Below the pieces are notes generated by a model. That model ran no database searches. It was given only the letters and a program-made list of their open reading frames with translations, and was not told where the DNA came from. Both the position numbers and the translations under genes were made by a program. A DNA stretch of 63,434 nucleotides, counting the filler, from Octopus bimaculoides (lineage: Eukaryota), in the NCBI RefSeq assembly GCF_001194135.2. It is 5 parts of 5 records of this genome, joined end to end, with 100 filler letters (N's around TTAATTAATTAA, not from the genome) between each part and the next. Parts side by side here need not be neighbours in the genome. Positions count along the whole stretch, not along the records: positions 22,259 to 39,385 come from NC_068981.1; positions 39,486 to 61,784 come from NC_068990.1; 3 more parts are not named here. One strand, given 5' to 3'. This document shows, one piece after another, positions 38,735-50,469 of this stretch (within the stretch, counting starts at the first letter, position 1; the number at the start of each line of letters is the position of its first letter).

Positions 38735-38915
38735 ATCCTTTTCATACCAACCCATCCCTGATCTAAATCAAAACTTTCCATTAAAATTTCATGTTAATTT
38801 ATGTTGCAAATACAAGCATGTTAACAAAATGGTTTTACTAAATTCTGCATTACTTTCAAAATTAACTGAAATGAAAACAATGTGTTTGAACAGAAACATG
38901 ATTACAAAAAGGTTA
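38735..38915. mobile_element. Possible small piggyBac-type MITE
   Basis: Degenerate inverted ends CCTTTTCATACC...ATTACAAAAAGG around an AT-rich core. Confidence 0.3.
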
Positions 38916-41900
38916 GAGACTGCTTAACTATTAAAAATGTTACACTACATATGCCCAAGTGACAATAAAAAGGATCATGAAAGTATCATGTGGGGTCATG
39001 TGACTGAGCAGATGTATATTAAAAGTCATTAGCTAAATCATCATCATCATCGTTTAACGTTCGCTTTCCATGCTAGCATGGGTTGGACGATTTGACTGAG
39101 GACTGGTGAAACCGGATGGCAACACCAGGCTCCAATCTAATTTGGCAGAGTTTCTACAGTTGGATGCCCTTCCTAACGCCAACCACTCAGAGAGTGTAGT
39201 GGGTGCTTTTACATGTCACCCGCACGAAAACGGCCACGCTCGAAATGGTGTCTTTTATGTGCCACCCGCACAAGAGCCAGTCCAGGGGCACTGGCAACGA
39301 TCTCGCTCGAAAACCCTACAAGGCCAGTCAGGCGGTACTGGCAACGGTCACGCTCAGGATGGTACATCTTATGTGCCACCCGCACNNNNNNNNNNNNNNN
39401 NNNNNNNNNNNNNNNNNNNNNNNNNNNNNTTAATTAATTAANNNNNNNNNNNNNNNNNNNNNNNNNNNNNNNNNNNNNNNNNNNNATATTTTGGTTTATT
39501 CTGGTATCTTGTTAACCTCTTTTTCATAACCCTGTCTTAATGTCACTGCCACCGATACCAGACCCCAACACCATCACCACTACCACCACCGCTATCGCCC
39601 CCACTGACACCAAAATATACTACTGCCACTACAAATTACATCGAAATTTTCACCAGAACCACTATGTCAACACCGATACCAGGATCACTCAAAAGTAAGA
39701 CAAATGCCAAATGACGTCAATATCACAAGCAACACCTGAAGCCACCACTGTCTTCTTGTGCCAACAGCAAGCAACACGTATAAGTTATCATCAATATAAA
39801 CAGTTGCCTACCAACACCCAACATCACCGAAATCATTGCCAGAAGGCAGTATTACTTGCGTCACCCTTCTATCAAGGAACATAATCGGCAATAAATCAGT
39901 TGTTTTTCTCGTTCGCATTTATGTGCATGTGCGCCAGCCTACAGGACACACTTGTAGATCACCTGAACAATGTTGCCGCAATGATATCTAGCCTACAATG
40001 ATACGGTCCAATTTTGGAAGTCGAAAATTTCTTTCTGTCAAGGCTATGAACTTCAAACAAGAAGTACTTTGAATAAGCGATTGTGAGATCTCTTTATATT
40101 TTGCATTTTTGCTTCTATAGACAACCATTCAAAGTAGAATAAAGTCTCTCAGGAACTGAGACTGGTACACCAACTTCTACAGCAATTATACTTATCTGGA
40201 ACGCGATACATTCGGTGATCTTGAACTTGTTATATTTGGATCTTAATATGGTGCCTGTATCAACCTCCAGATATTTAATATTATGCACTTCCCCCTACAA
40301 TGGGTCTACAAATTAGTTAGCCAGTCTGATTGAATAAATGCCTCACAATATTTAGTTATAGTCTTCTACGTCCTGAGTTCAGACCCCGTCAAAATAAATT
40401 TCATGTTTTGTCCTGGCTCAATAAAATACAGTATCAGTTAAACACTGGGAAGATATTATCGACTATACGCCACTCTCAAATTTGAAATCGAATCTACGTT
40501 AGAAATCAATATTGTATATTTTAATTAATTGGTTTATTTATTTATTTTAGAATACATTTACCAACAAGTTGGTATCATTGTGCTGAATCTTGAAATTCAT
40601 ACTTTCAAAACAGATTCAAGTCATGATGTTTATCATTTTTCTGGTTTAGTATCTTTTCACAACTAATTGTAGCATTCACTTATCTAAAGCTACTGTGCTT
40701 CTTCACTCAACTCTGCATTAACTTGCATATCTTCTTTTTATCTTCATCTGCTCTTATTCTATTGCGGTGTGTATTCTATATTACTCTCAGTATTATTCCT
40801 ATCCAAATTGACAGCAGCTACTAAAGAATGCAATAACAAATATTCATTATTATTTTCATTAATATTGGTTATTAATCTGTAATTTTGTAAAGGCGGCGAG
40901 CTGACAAAGCCGTTGGCACGCTGGAAAACTGCTTAGCGGCATTTCGTCAGTCTTTACGCTTTGAATTCAAATTCCACCCAGGTCAACTTTACCTTCATTC
41001 TATATGAACGTACCAGTTGAACACTGAAATCGATGTAATTGACTTACTCCCTTCATCGAAGTTGCTGGCCTTGTGCCAAAATTTCAAACCAATCTTTAAC
41101 TTCGTGTATATCCCTATCTTACTGTTTTATGGACGAAAATTGTCAAATTGAATCACAATCTATCAATTCGAAGCATCAAACTAATTTCTATCTCTATCCA
41201 ATTAACAATTGCTTCTCAAAAATATATTACAGAGAATTTTCTGTGGGATACATCATAGACTGAAGGCTTGTTCGCACTAAATTATTCGTCACAGTCACAT
41301 GACTCACGGTTTAATTTGCTTTCAGGTATGAAACTGACAGTTTGACCACCCACCCACCCCATCAAAATTCTCAACTCTACGGCAGCTTACCACTTGGCGC
41401 CAGCAACATTTCAGATATACCCTTTAATTCACATATTTCACAAATTTCTGACAAATTTCTTTGAGCAAAGTATAGACTTCAAAAGTTGTCTTTCTTTCAC
41501 TGATGGAAAAATCATGTATCTTCAAAAAAATCAAGCTGTTCGTGGGTCTTACAACTACACAGAAAAACGGGAAATATTTGCTAATATTGTAGTTGTTAAT
41601 GCCTGAATAGCATCACCTGAACGCCCGCCTTTCCTATGCATTCAGAATCTTGCTGTACAATATCTTTTCCCGTATACTAAAGGATGTTCATTACTTTAAG
41701 ATAAAGTAACGACTATCTACTTTGACCAATGCGAATTTCTTTGAATACCTTTCATCGTAGGAATGATGCAATACAGAACTAAATGTGCAGGATAAATATT
41801 CTCACATAAAACAATCGGCTTTGTTTTCGTAATAATTACAGATGACGTTTAGATTTGATGTTTAATGAACAAAACTCCAACAGTCAGTTGGTATTCAGAC

Positions 41901-42070
41901 GGGATTGGTGAGAAGTGGAGACTATCTACTAGCTGAATTTCACCTTGGCAAAGTAGATGGCTTAATTTGGAGAAAATTTTTGCATTTAAACTTGCATTAA
42001 AATAGATAGGGTCTCTACAATTCAAGCGGCTACTCGACTGGAGAAAATATATTTGAACATCTACAATATA

Positions 42071-42962
42071 CGTATTCTGATCAATAAGAAATCCGGACTG
42101 TTGCCGTAATAACGAAGCTGATGCATGCAGAGTAAAGCTGCTCGACAAAAAAATTGACCTTAAACTCTGCGGTGCATGTACACTAAGTTTTAACGTTCTA
42201 GCTCACTTCTGCTGTTTACAGCAGTGCTTGGAAGGAAAGTGTGTAGCGTGTGATCGTCGCATTGACCATGACAGAGAAAGTTGTCATGGCGATACCTGCT
42301 CAGAGGTCTACGCAAAGTTGCAAAAAGTGTATGGGGAGGAGTGTATGAGCTGCACAGAAGTATACGAGTTGTTCAGACGTTTCCAAGGTGGCCGAAAAAA
42401 TGTCGATAGTGACGAACGTTCTGGGAGACCCGCAACCAGCAGAACTGAGAAAAACATCGCAGATGTGCGTGCAGCTGTGAGGGGAAATCGTCGAATGAAC
42501 ATCAGTGAGTTATCAGATGTGCAGATTAGTTACGGTTCAGTTCAGTCCATTATTACTGAAGATTTGGGTGTGAGACATGTGTCTGCCAAGTTTGTGCCAA
42601 AACTGCTTTCAGCTGACCAAAAAGACACGGGTTTCAGTTGCACAAGATCTCCTTGATTATGTCGAGAACAATGAAAATTTTTGAAAACTTTGCGTAGCCT
42701 CCTGAGCAGGTATCGCCAAGCGTTTAGCAAAATTTGTTGCAGATTCTCTGCTCAACTTTCTGTGTCATGGTCAATACGACGATCCCACGCTACACACTTT
42801 CCTTCCAAGCACTGCTGTAGACAGCAGAAGTGAGCTAGAACGTCAAAACTTAGTGCGCTTGCACAGCAAAGTTTAAGGTACATTTGTGTCAAGCGGCTTT
42901 ACTCTAAGTGCTTTAACTTCGTTACTATGGCACTGGTCCGGATATTTATTGATCAGACCACG
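42071..42962 (+). mobile_element. Mariner-derived fold-back element with TA TSD
   Basis: TA flanks at 42069-42070 and 42963-42964; ends CGTATTCTGATCAATAA...TTATTGATCAGACCACG. Contains the transposase N-terminal HTH and FVPKLL (WVP motif) at 42228-42656; no catalytic DD34D part. Confidence 0.9.
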
Positions 42963-43379
42963 TATTCATACACTTTGTGTTGCTTCGAAATATAGGTTGC
43001 AGAAATTATTAAAGAGAAAAATGCAACAGCTGAGACCTTTTAAAATTTCAAAGATATCGCAACCTTTTTATATATCTTCATTCAGTTCTTATTTTAGGCC
43101 TCACCTCTCTATTTTAGAGATCGGAGTTCAAATGTGACACGATGCTCGCCGAACCAGTTCTCGTGAAGCCATGGGAATCTGGTGCAAACAATTCTCTCAA
43201 GTGCCCTTTGTCTTTAACAACACTCTATTTAAATTTCGGCAAGATATAAAAGCGCTGTAACAACACAGACTTCTACATATGTAGATTTTAGTTGTAAGCT
43301 TTGCCAGTTTTATTTGTTAGGTCTGGTGGAAGGAGCATGCACTCGTGGCCTTTGCAGTTACTTTGTGCCCGGTGAGGTT

Positions 43380-44400
43380 GATGCCATTAATATTTTGCTT
43401 AATGTCAGTAAGAAAACACGAGGGACCAAAATTTCAAAGAGGAAGGACTGGTTTTAATTTAGAGAAGGGACAGAGAAGCTGGATACAACATATATGATGA
43501 AAGAGAGGAAAACGAATAGGTCAAGGATACTTGAGTTGATATGGCGAGAAACCAACTCTGAGCAGTAGAAGCCATTGAAGCTACTTTAGAAGCAGAAAGA
43601 GGCGACAGCACTCAAATGGGACAAAGTTCTGTCAGTAAACTCATGTCAATTTGTCCAGTACCCTTTCTTAATACCCTGCAACCATGGACGTCTGTGTTTG
43701 TAGCAGTAATACCATTCCAGATGTTGGCCCAGTAATCCATTATAGTTCTCACATGAACTATATAGAGAATGAGTAGTTGTTGGAGCTGAAGTATTTTTTG
43801 GCTCAGAAGAAAAATCCTGGTTTTGTGAAGTAGTCTTTGCTGTGTTAATGACGCACCTTTGCTAAGAGAGATCTCCAATGATAGTAAGGCCAAGCATTTA
43901 GAACGATCATGATTCTAGTTGTGTGCAGCTCATGTTTAAGAGAGGTGTAGGATACGGTGATTATTTTCTTGATATATGTAATGGTTGCGTCTTTGTACAA
44001 TTGAAGTTGACATGATTAGAATGACACCATTGGAATATATATCGGAGGTGCATGTTTATGAACCCTGTGCAGATTTGGTAAGAGGTATCTAGGTTGCAAG
44101 TGGATGAAACTTAGATGTAAAAGATTAGGAAGAATTGGAGTGCGGTATCATCCACGAAATGAGTATTGTAAGAGGTGGCTGCAAATAGATTATTAAGGTA
44201 TAGGAGAAAGATTGAGGGAACAGAAGCGATCCCTGAGATACACCATAGATGATACAGTGTGAATCAGATAGTGCTCCATCGATGCATGACGGGACTGCAT
44301 AATCTGACTAAAAGCCTCTAATCCAATACATGGAGACAGACGAAGTACATGTTCGATCTCGCCTGTCTTAGAGGGCCAGCAAAGATCGGTCACTTCTGAG
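43380..44400 (-). mobile_element. CR1/Jockey-like LINE remnant (RT core to 3' end)
   Basis: WIRGF...IDGALSD...GVSQGSLL and FVDDTAL motifs, then VRTIMDYWANIW; many frameshifts. Confidence 0.75.
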
Positions 44401-44449
44401 ACTAAACCATTAATGCAAACACACAGATATCTGTATATATTTGTATTTG

Positions 44450-44471
44450 TGTGTGTGTGAGAGAGAGAGAG

Positions 44472-44563
<92 letters not shown>

Positions 44564-44669
44564 TGTGTGTTTATGTATATTTATGTATATTAGAGAAACA
44601 CAGGCAGACAGACAGGTAGACATACATACAGGCAGACAGACATACATACAGACAGACAGACAGACAGAC

Positions 44670-44700
<31 letters not shown>

Positions 44701-44709
44701 CAGACATAC

Positions 44710-44774
<65 letters not shown>

Positions 44775-44789
44775 GATAGACAGACATAC

Positions 44790-44835
<46 letters not shown>
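44450..44835. repeat. Compound microsatellite (GA)n-(GT)n-(GACA)n-(GATA)n
   Basis: Directly visible. A further (GATA)n is at ~59505-59575. Confidence 0.95.
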
Positions 44836-44855
<20 letters not shown>

Positions 44856-45799
44856 TTTGAATATATTGGAAAAAAGTCTCATCTGAGTGCTTGCCAATTG
44901 ACATTGAGATAGAAATTAGAAACTGACGTACATTAGTACTTTTAGTTTCCCGGAATCTCAAATTTTCTTTTTTTTTTTTTTTAACTTTAAAGAAAAACAA
45001 AAGTACAAAGATATTCAAAGATAAATCTTCAGTTCGGAACTGACCTTCGTATGCCATATTTTCATTGAAATTCAGTTGACCTTCAAATGACATTTACTTA
45101 GCTAAAAGCAAAATAACTCTCATTTTTCTTTACCTCAGTTATATTTCTTGCTTTTTTATCCCATTTTGTGAATCATAGCGTCGTTGGCCACAAGTTTGTA
45201 AACATTGATTCATAACATTTACCAAGGCGAGACTGACAAGGGATTATCTATGCAACTCGGGAAGAACAAATACCACAAGATGCTTTTGTTCGAAAACATC
45301 CATTTATTGTTTTTCTGGCATTCACATTTTTTGACGACGTACTTTCTGAAAGATAAGCGCACACGCACGTGCGCATACACACAAGCACGCACACGCACGC
45401 ACGCACGCATACACACACACGCCCGCAAGCACGCGCGCGCGCACAAGTGACAGGCTTCTACACAGTTTCCAAATATCCAATACTACAGAAAAGTTCTTTA
45501 TGTACCCTATTCTATCGCAGAAGAAACTTGATTAAGATGCCGCAAATTAAGACCAAATCTGGGCTCATGTAATTGGGAAGTGAAACTCTTATACGTTGTT
45601 TGTAGTTCTAATGTCATAATTGGTTTACTATCGGTACAATATAAATTTAATATAAAGGTAATGTACGTATTATACATATTGTCGCGACTTAGTCGAAGCC
45701 TTTTAGAGCATGAGAGACATACCAACAGCAGTGGGAAACAACTTCAGTTAAGTTAGTAAGGGATGGAGAAAATGCTACATTAAAAATAGCAGTTTACTG

Positions 45800-46510
45800 C
45801 AAGAGGCCCAATTATGGGATATGAAAGAAGATCTGGGGAAAAAGCAAAGAAAATAGTCTTGATCGATTCTGCAGTCCAGCTGGAAGGAGGGAGCGCTCCA
45901 ACTACCAGACCTTTTTACGGAATATCAAAGGAAAAGAATGGCAGGCATGGTTAATCCAAATCGAGGTTGATTGTAGAGGACTCCCTGCTCAGTTAGTATG
46001 GAGAATGCATATAGTCGTTTGAATAAGTGGAAGAGAGAGAAAGGCATATGAGCACAGGATGGAAAAGACAGCAGAATGAACCTCGTACCGATTATGGAGC
46101 AAGAGAACAGAGATAAGCAGGAAATCAAGAAAAGATGATGAGCAGTGATTTGGCCACCTCTACCGATACACCATTGGAAACGTGTTATGATCGTTGGACT
46201 GACACCATTTGATGATATCAATTCTTTCTGGTCGAAGTCTCATTTCCCAACGATGAATGAAGGAGAGGCATCTTCTTTTGGATGTACTTAGCCCCTATTC
46301 GGTACAAAGGTGACGAAAAATACAACACAAAAGCAAGTTCAGAAATAAACCTAGAGTTGGTATTTGTTTGACGCCCAGGAAATGGAGAAAAAGAAGTCTT
46401 TTACATTTCGAGTACACACTCTCCTTTTGAAAGATAGGATAGAGATGAAGAAAAATGAACGAAGAAGGAAAACTGGAGAAATAGAAGTACACGTGTATCC
46501 AACCGTCATG
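45800..46510 (+). mobile_element. Possible highly decayed RTE-like LINE 3' region
   Basis: Weak similarity (INSFWSKSH; LELVFVxRPGNG...ENWRNR) followed by a (TATG)n tail. Confidence 0.3.
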
Positions 46511-46512
46511 GC

Positions 46513-46543
<31 letters not shown>

Positions 46544-46689
46544 TGTATGGCTAGCTAAGCTAGTTAGCTAGACAGAGAGGGAGAGAGAGAGAGAGAGAGA
46601 GAGAGAACTTAGATAACTTAGATATATTTCGGCCAAAGATTGGCCCAGGCCATGTCTAACTTAGTAACATCAACTGAGAGGATCTGTTA

Positions 46690-47620
46690 AATCATTTTAA
46701 AGTCAAGTTTCGTGGTATCATGGCCCATTCAAGAGTTGTTGCTCACTGAGAGGTATCCAAATACATATGGTTTATCTGGTATCCCTTGAAGAAATGTATC
46801 CAGATTTTGTTTGAAAGTGATGGAATCTTTTTCTTCTTTGATTTGTTTAGGGATAATGTTAAATGGCCTAATGAGGAAAAGAAATTGTGTTGCTGTGAAT
46901 TTATGTGTTGTGAGCCTGAAGTCTATAGGGATTTTATGAAATATTGGCTTCAGCTTTGGATGAAGTCTGAATCTAATGTTAAGGTCGTTTGGGCAAAGCT
47001 GGTGGTATATTCTCTACATTGTGCAAATGATGTAGTGCTCACGGTGGCGCTGAAGAGAATAAAGATTCTATGTTTCAAAGCGGTCCCAATAATCAAGATC
47101 ATTCATGCACTTGATTTTTTTAATGAATGCTCTCTGGGGTGACTCGATTCTCGCAATGTTTTGTTTGGTGGGGGAAGATCACAGGAGGCAGTAGTATTCT
47201 GGGTGTGGCCCTACAAAGGAGGAGAAGAGGGGGATGATGATATCTTGCTCTCTGAACCAGAAAGTTCTGAGACTCCAAGAGCGCATCGTACCTGCCATAT
47301 CGACTTTATTGTAGATGTGGGCACTCCAGCTGAGATTGTTTTCAACACTCACTCCTAAGTCCCTCATATTATTGGATGCTGTGAGTAGTTCCCTTAAAGG
47401 AAGAGTATATGGCTGTTTGGGAGAAGTCTTTTCTTTTTTTAAATGCATCAGTTTAAATTTTCCCTCGTTTTACTGCATTTTGTTTTCGTCCGCCCTTTGA
47501 CTTCCAGCATATAGATCAGACTGAAGTTCAGTTCGGTCTTCTCCACTGATAAATTTTCTGGAACTTGGAGTCATCTGCAAATACAACAACGCATTTACAA
47601 CATCCAACTACGCAGTTTCC
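46690..47620 (-). mobile_element. CR1-clade LINE 3' half remnant
   Basis: VFADDSK, DRTELQSDL...NEGKFKLMH, RDLGVSVENNLSWSAHI, FVGPHPEYY, IESPQRAFIKKI...DYWDRF...LYSLQRHRE. Confidence 0.85.
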
Positions 47621-49324
47621 AATATACAACTACGCAGTTTCCAACAACTTATACATTGACTGTAAACGTTCCATTCCAAATAAATGTTGTCTTTAAAAGT
47701 TTTATTTAGGTATAAATCGAAAGATTACTGAAGCATTGACATTAATCCCCTGGAATTACTGTGATTTTAGTATTGTTTCGTTCAAGGTATATTTTGATAC
47801 TGTTTATGATGCATCTTAAACATGTCTCAAACAAATAAGCTTTTTTTTTTCCTTTCTGTTTTAAGCCATAGGCGCTTATTCCACACATTTTCAATTTATT
47901 TATACACTTCAGCCTCATTGATTTTTTTTTTTCATCAAAAAATAAATATTGGCTTTAATTTGTGGCTGTTGTTCCTGTTTTTGTTGCTGTATTATTATTT
48001 TCGTTGTTGTTGCTGTTTAGCCTCAAGTCAACTCTGATCGAGCAAAGTTCTGATGAAATATATTCCAGTCATGACTCTCTTGTCATCTTAAAGGTGTATC
48101 CTGGACCATTTTATCTAATATAGGGTTTATTTACCTCTTGGTGTACATCAATTGTACAACAGCATCATTGATAATAACAATAAGACAAGCGATGGGCACA
48201 ATTTGTTACCACAGTAAATTCCCTCTCGTTGTTGCTAACATTGCATGCTTATTCACATCCAGATGTCTTAGATCCATTTAAAACAATCTACCATGTCCAG
48301 GACGCTACATAAATATTATCCTAAAAACACTACCACTAAAGCAGTCGGTTGTCAGAATCTTCGGAGTCTTCGGGCAAATACTTTGCGGTATTTGTTCTGG
48401 TTATTTTCATTTTGAGTTCGAATTCCACTGTAGTCAACTTTGCTTCTGGGCTCATAAAATAAAATACTATTCAAAAAAACGGAATCGATTCCTTTTTCCT
48501 TCTCCTTCTCTCTTCCCCTCTGCATTTCTTTATTTCATTCTCTCAGGACTGGCTAATTTCTACCTGCTAATGTCATTCAAATGAGAATGCCACTTAGTCC
48601 CAAGAACTGGTAAAATAAGAATGCGGAGAAGTATCGACTCAACCAGGAAAGACCTCCTGATCTCCGAGCTACGCACCAAGAAAAACTTTTTAAAAAAAAC
48701 ACAAATACATCACAAAAAATACAAACTGCATCAATAATATCATTTACCCCCTAACATTTTGATGGAATGTTCACCGATGACAAAAGCAGAAGAATAACAA
48801 CTATTGCCCTCTAGTTAACTTGCCTGTTCTGCTGCTGAGAAAAAAAGGGGAGAAAAACAAACAGAATAACGAAGGAAATACATCAACATGCCTGGACTAC
48901 TACACTTCATACGATAAATTACTGGATGTATAGTATATTCCACATGTAATATTAGTTTCTCAACCATTTAGGTGTCGAATAAAATACAAGTCGAGTACTG
49001 AAGTTAAGTTTTCCACCTTTACCTCTCCCTCCATCTTTCTCTATCTTTCTCCTCCTCATTCTTCCTCTCAGTTTCTGTCACTGTCTCTCTCACTCTCACT
49101 CAAATTCTCTCTCTCCCTGTCTCTTTCTCTCACTAAAATACAGTGTATCAATATAAGTGGATCGAACCTAATTGTAGCTTCATAATCATGGCTGCTCTTA
49201 GACGAACCAGTAATAACTGCAGCAATATTTACAACATTAGCAACGAAAATAACAACAAGCAAACAATAACAACCATAACAACAAACAAGCAAAAGAAAAC
49301 AATAGCAACAGAAACTATGACTGC

Positions 49325-49830
49325 TTGATAATCCAGTTAAGCAAGAGGATGAACGCACATGAGCAGATTGCGAAAAGGTTCAAGTTTCTCTCAGAATTTA
49401 TGAACAATTTAGAATTTGATGAGGACAGTATCAAAATTATAATATCGCATTACAAACCGATAAATGAGTGTTATCAGTTCAAAGAGTATTTACACTTTAG
49501 AAAATCCCAGAACACAGAAGAAAACACACCATCTAATATGCAATGCACAGAAGTTCTTCAGCTTATTCATGAGCAACAAGTAATTAAAGTGTTCCCCAAT
49601 ATTACCATTGCATTTAAACTGTACTTGACAATGTCTATCACGAGCTGTGAAGCAGAAAGCAATTTCTCAAAGCTTTCCTTTATAAAGAATGCATTTCGGT
49701 CTACCATGACTGAAGAGCACTTAAATTCCTTATGCATATTTTCTCTAGAAAATTACATTGCAAGGAAGCTCTAATATGACAAAACTGTAAGGGATTACGT
49801 TGCTACAGAAAACAGAAAAAAGAGTATTTT
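49325..49830 (+). mobile_element. hAT transposase C-terminal dimerisation-domain remnant
   Basis: VFPNITIAFKLYLTMSITSCEAESNFSKLSFIKNAFRSTMTEEHLNSLCIFSLE. Confidence 0.88.
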
Positions 49831-50309
49831 GTAATTTTCATATGTATCTTAAATATAAGATTAATATTAGATTATATATTAACTGTGGTATTTGTTGTTT
49901 TACGTTTTTATTCTATGATATATCATGCATGTATATAATGCTTCCCTAATTTTCAACCCCCATAACCCTAAAAGTATAAGGCATAGCCTGGAAAATATTT
50001 GTTCACACCAGTGACTTTAAGAATCACAATCTGAAATGTAGTGCTTAAATTTATAAGGAAAATTGTTAGGATCTGTCATGGAACAACCACATCGACAAAA
50101 ATATCGGTGATTACCCACACCTCATTTCTGGTGGAAAGAGGGTTCACTGTAAGACTTATTTTAAAGGACTCCACATCACCACTCCATTTGGGCTTTCAGG
50201 GCCTCAAGGCTAGAGTTCCTTGCAAGGGCACAAAAATTCTTTGACCCTTGTTGGATGTTCCCCTACTGTTGCTGGTTGTAAAGCGGGCCCCAGTATTGTA
50301 GATCCGCCA

Positions 50310-50314
50310 CTGAC

Positions 50315-50354
<40 letters not shown>

Positions 50355-50385
50355 GCTGCTGCTGCTACTGCTGCTGCTGCTGCTG

Positions 50386-50437
<52 letters not shown>

Positions 50438-50440
50438 ACG
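50310..50440. repeat. Compound trinucleotide microsatellite (ACT)n/(GCT)n
   Basis: Directly visible. Other triplet runs: (TTA)n ~53040-53107, 54485-54547, 55088-55138, 55385-55470, 57175-57243, 58320-58408; (TAG)n ~54760-54828; (CAT)n ~18700-18765; (GCT)n ~61170-61230. Confidence 0.95.
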
Positions 50441-50469
50441 TTATGATGCATGTTGTGCAAAGTGAACAT

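Noticed and set aside
41380-41620. Candidate minus-strand exons near the CTTACC at ~41386 (also ACTCAC at ~36003 and CTTACC at ~15335)
   Set aside because: Donor-like motifs without a convincing acceptor or a recognisable reading frame.
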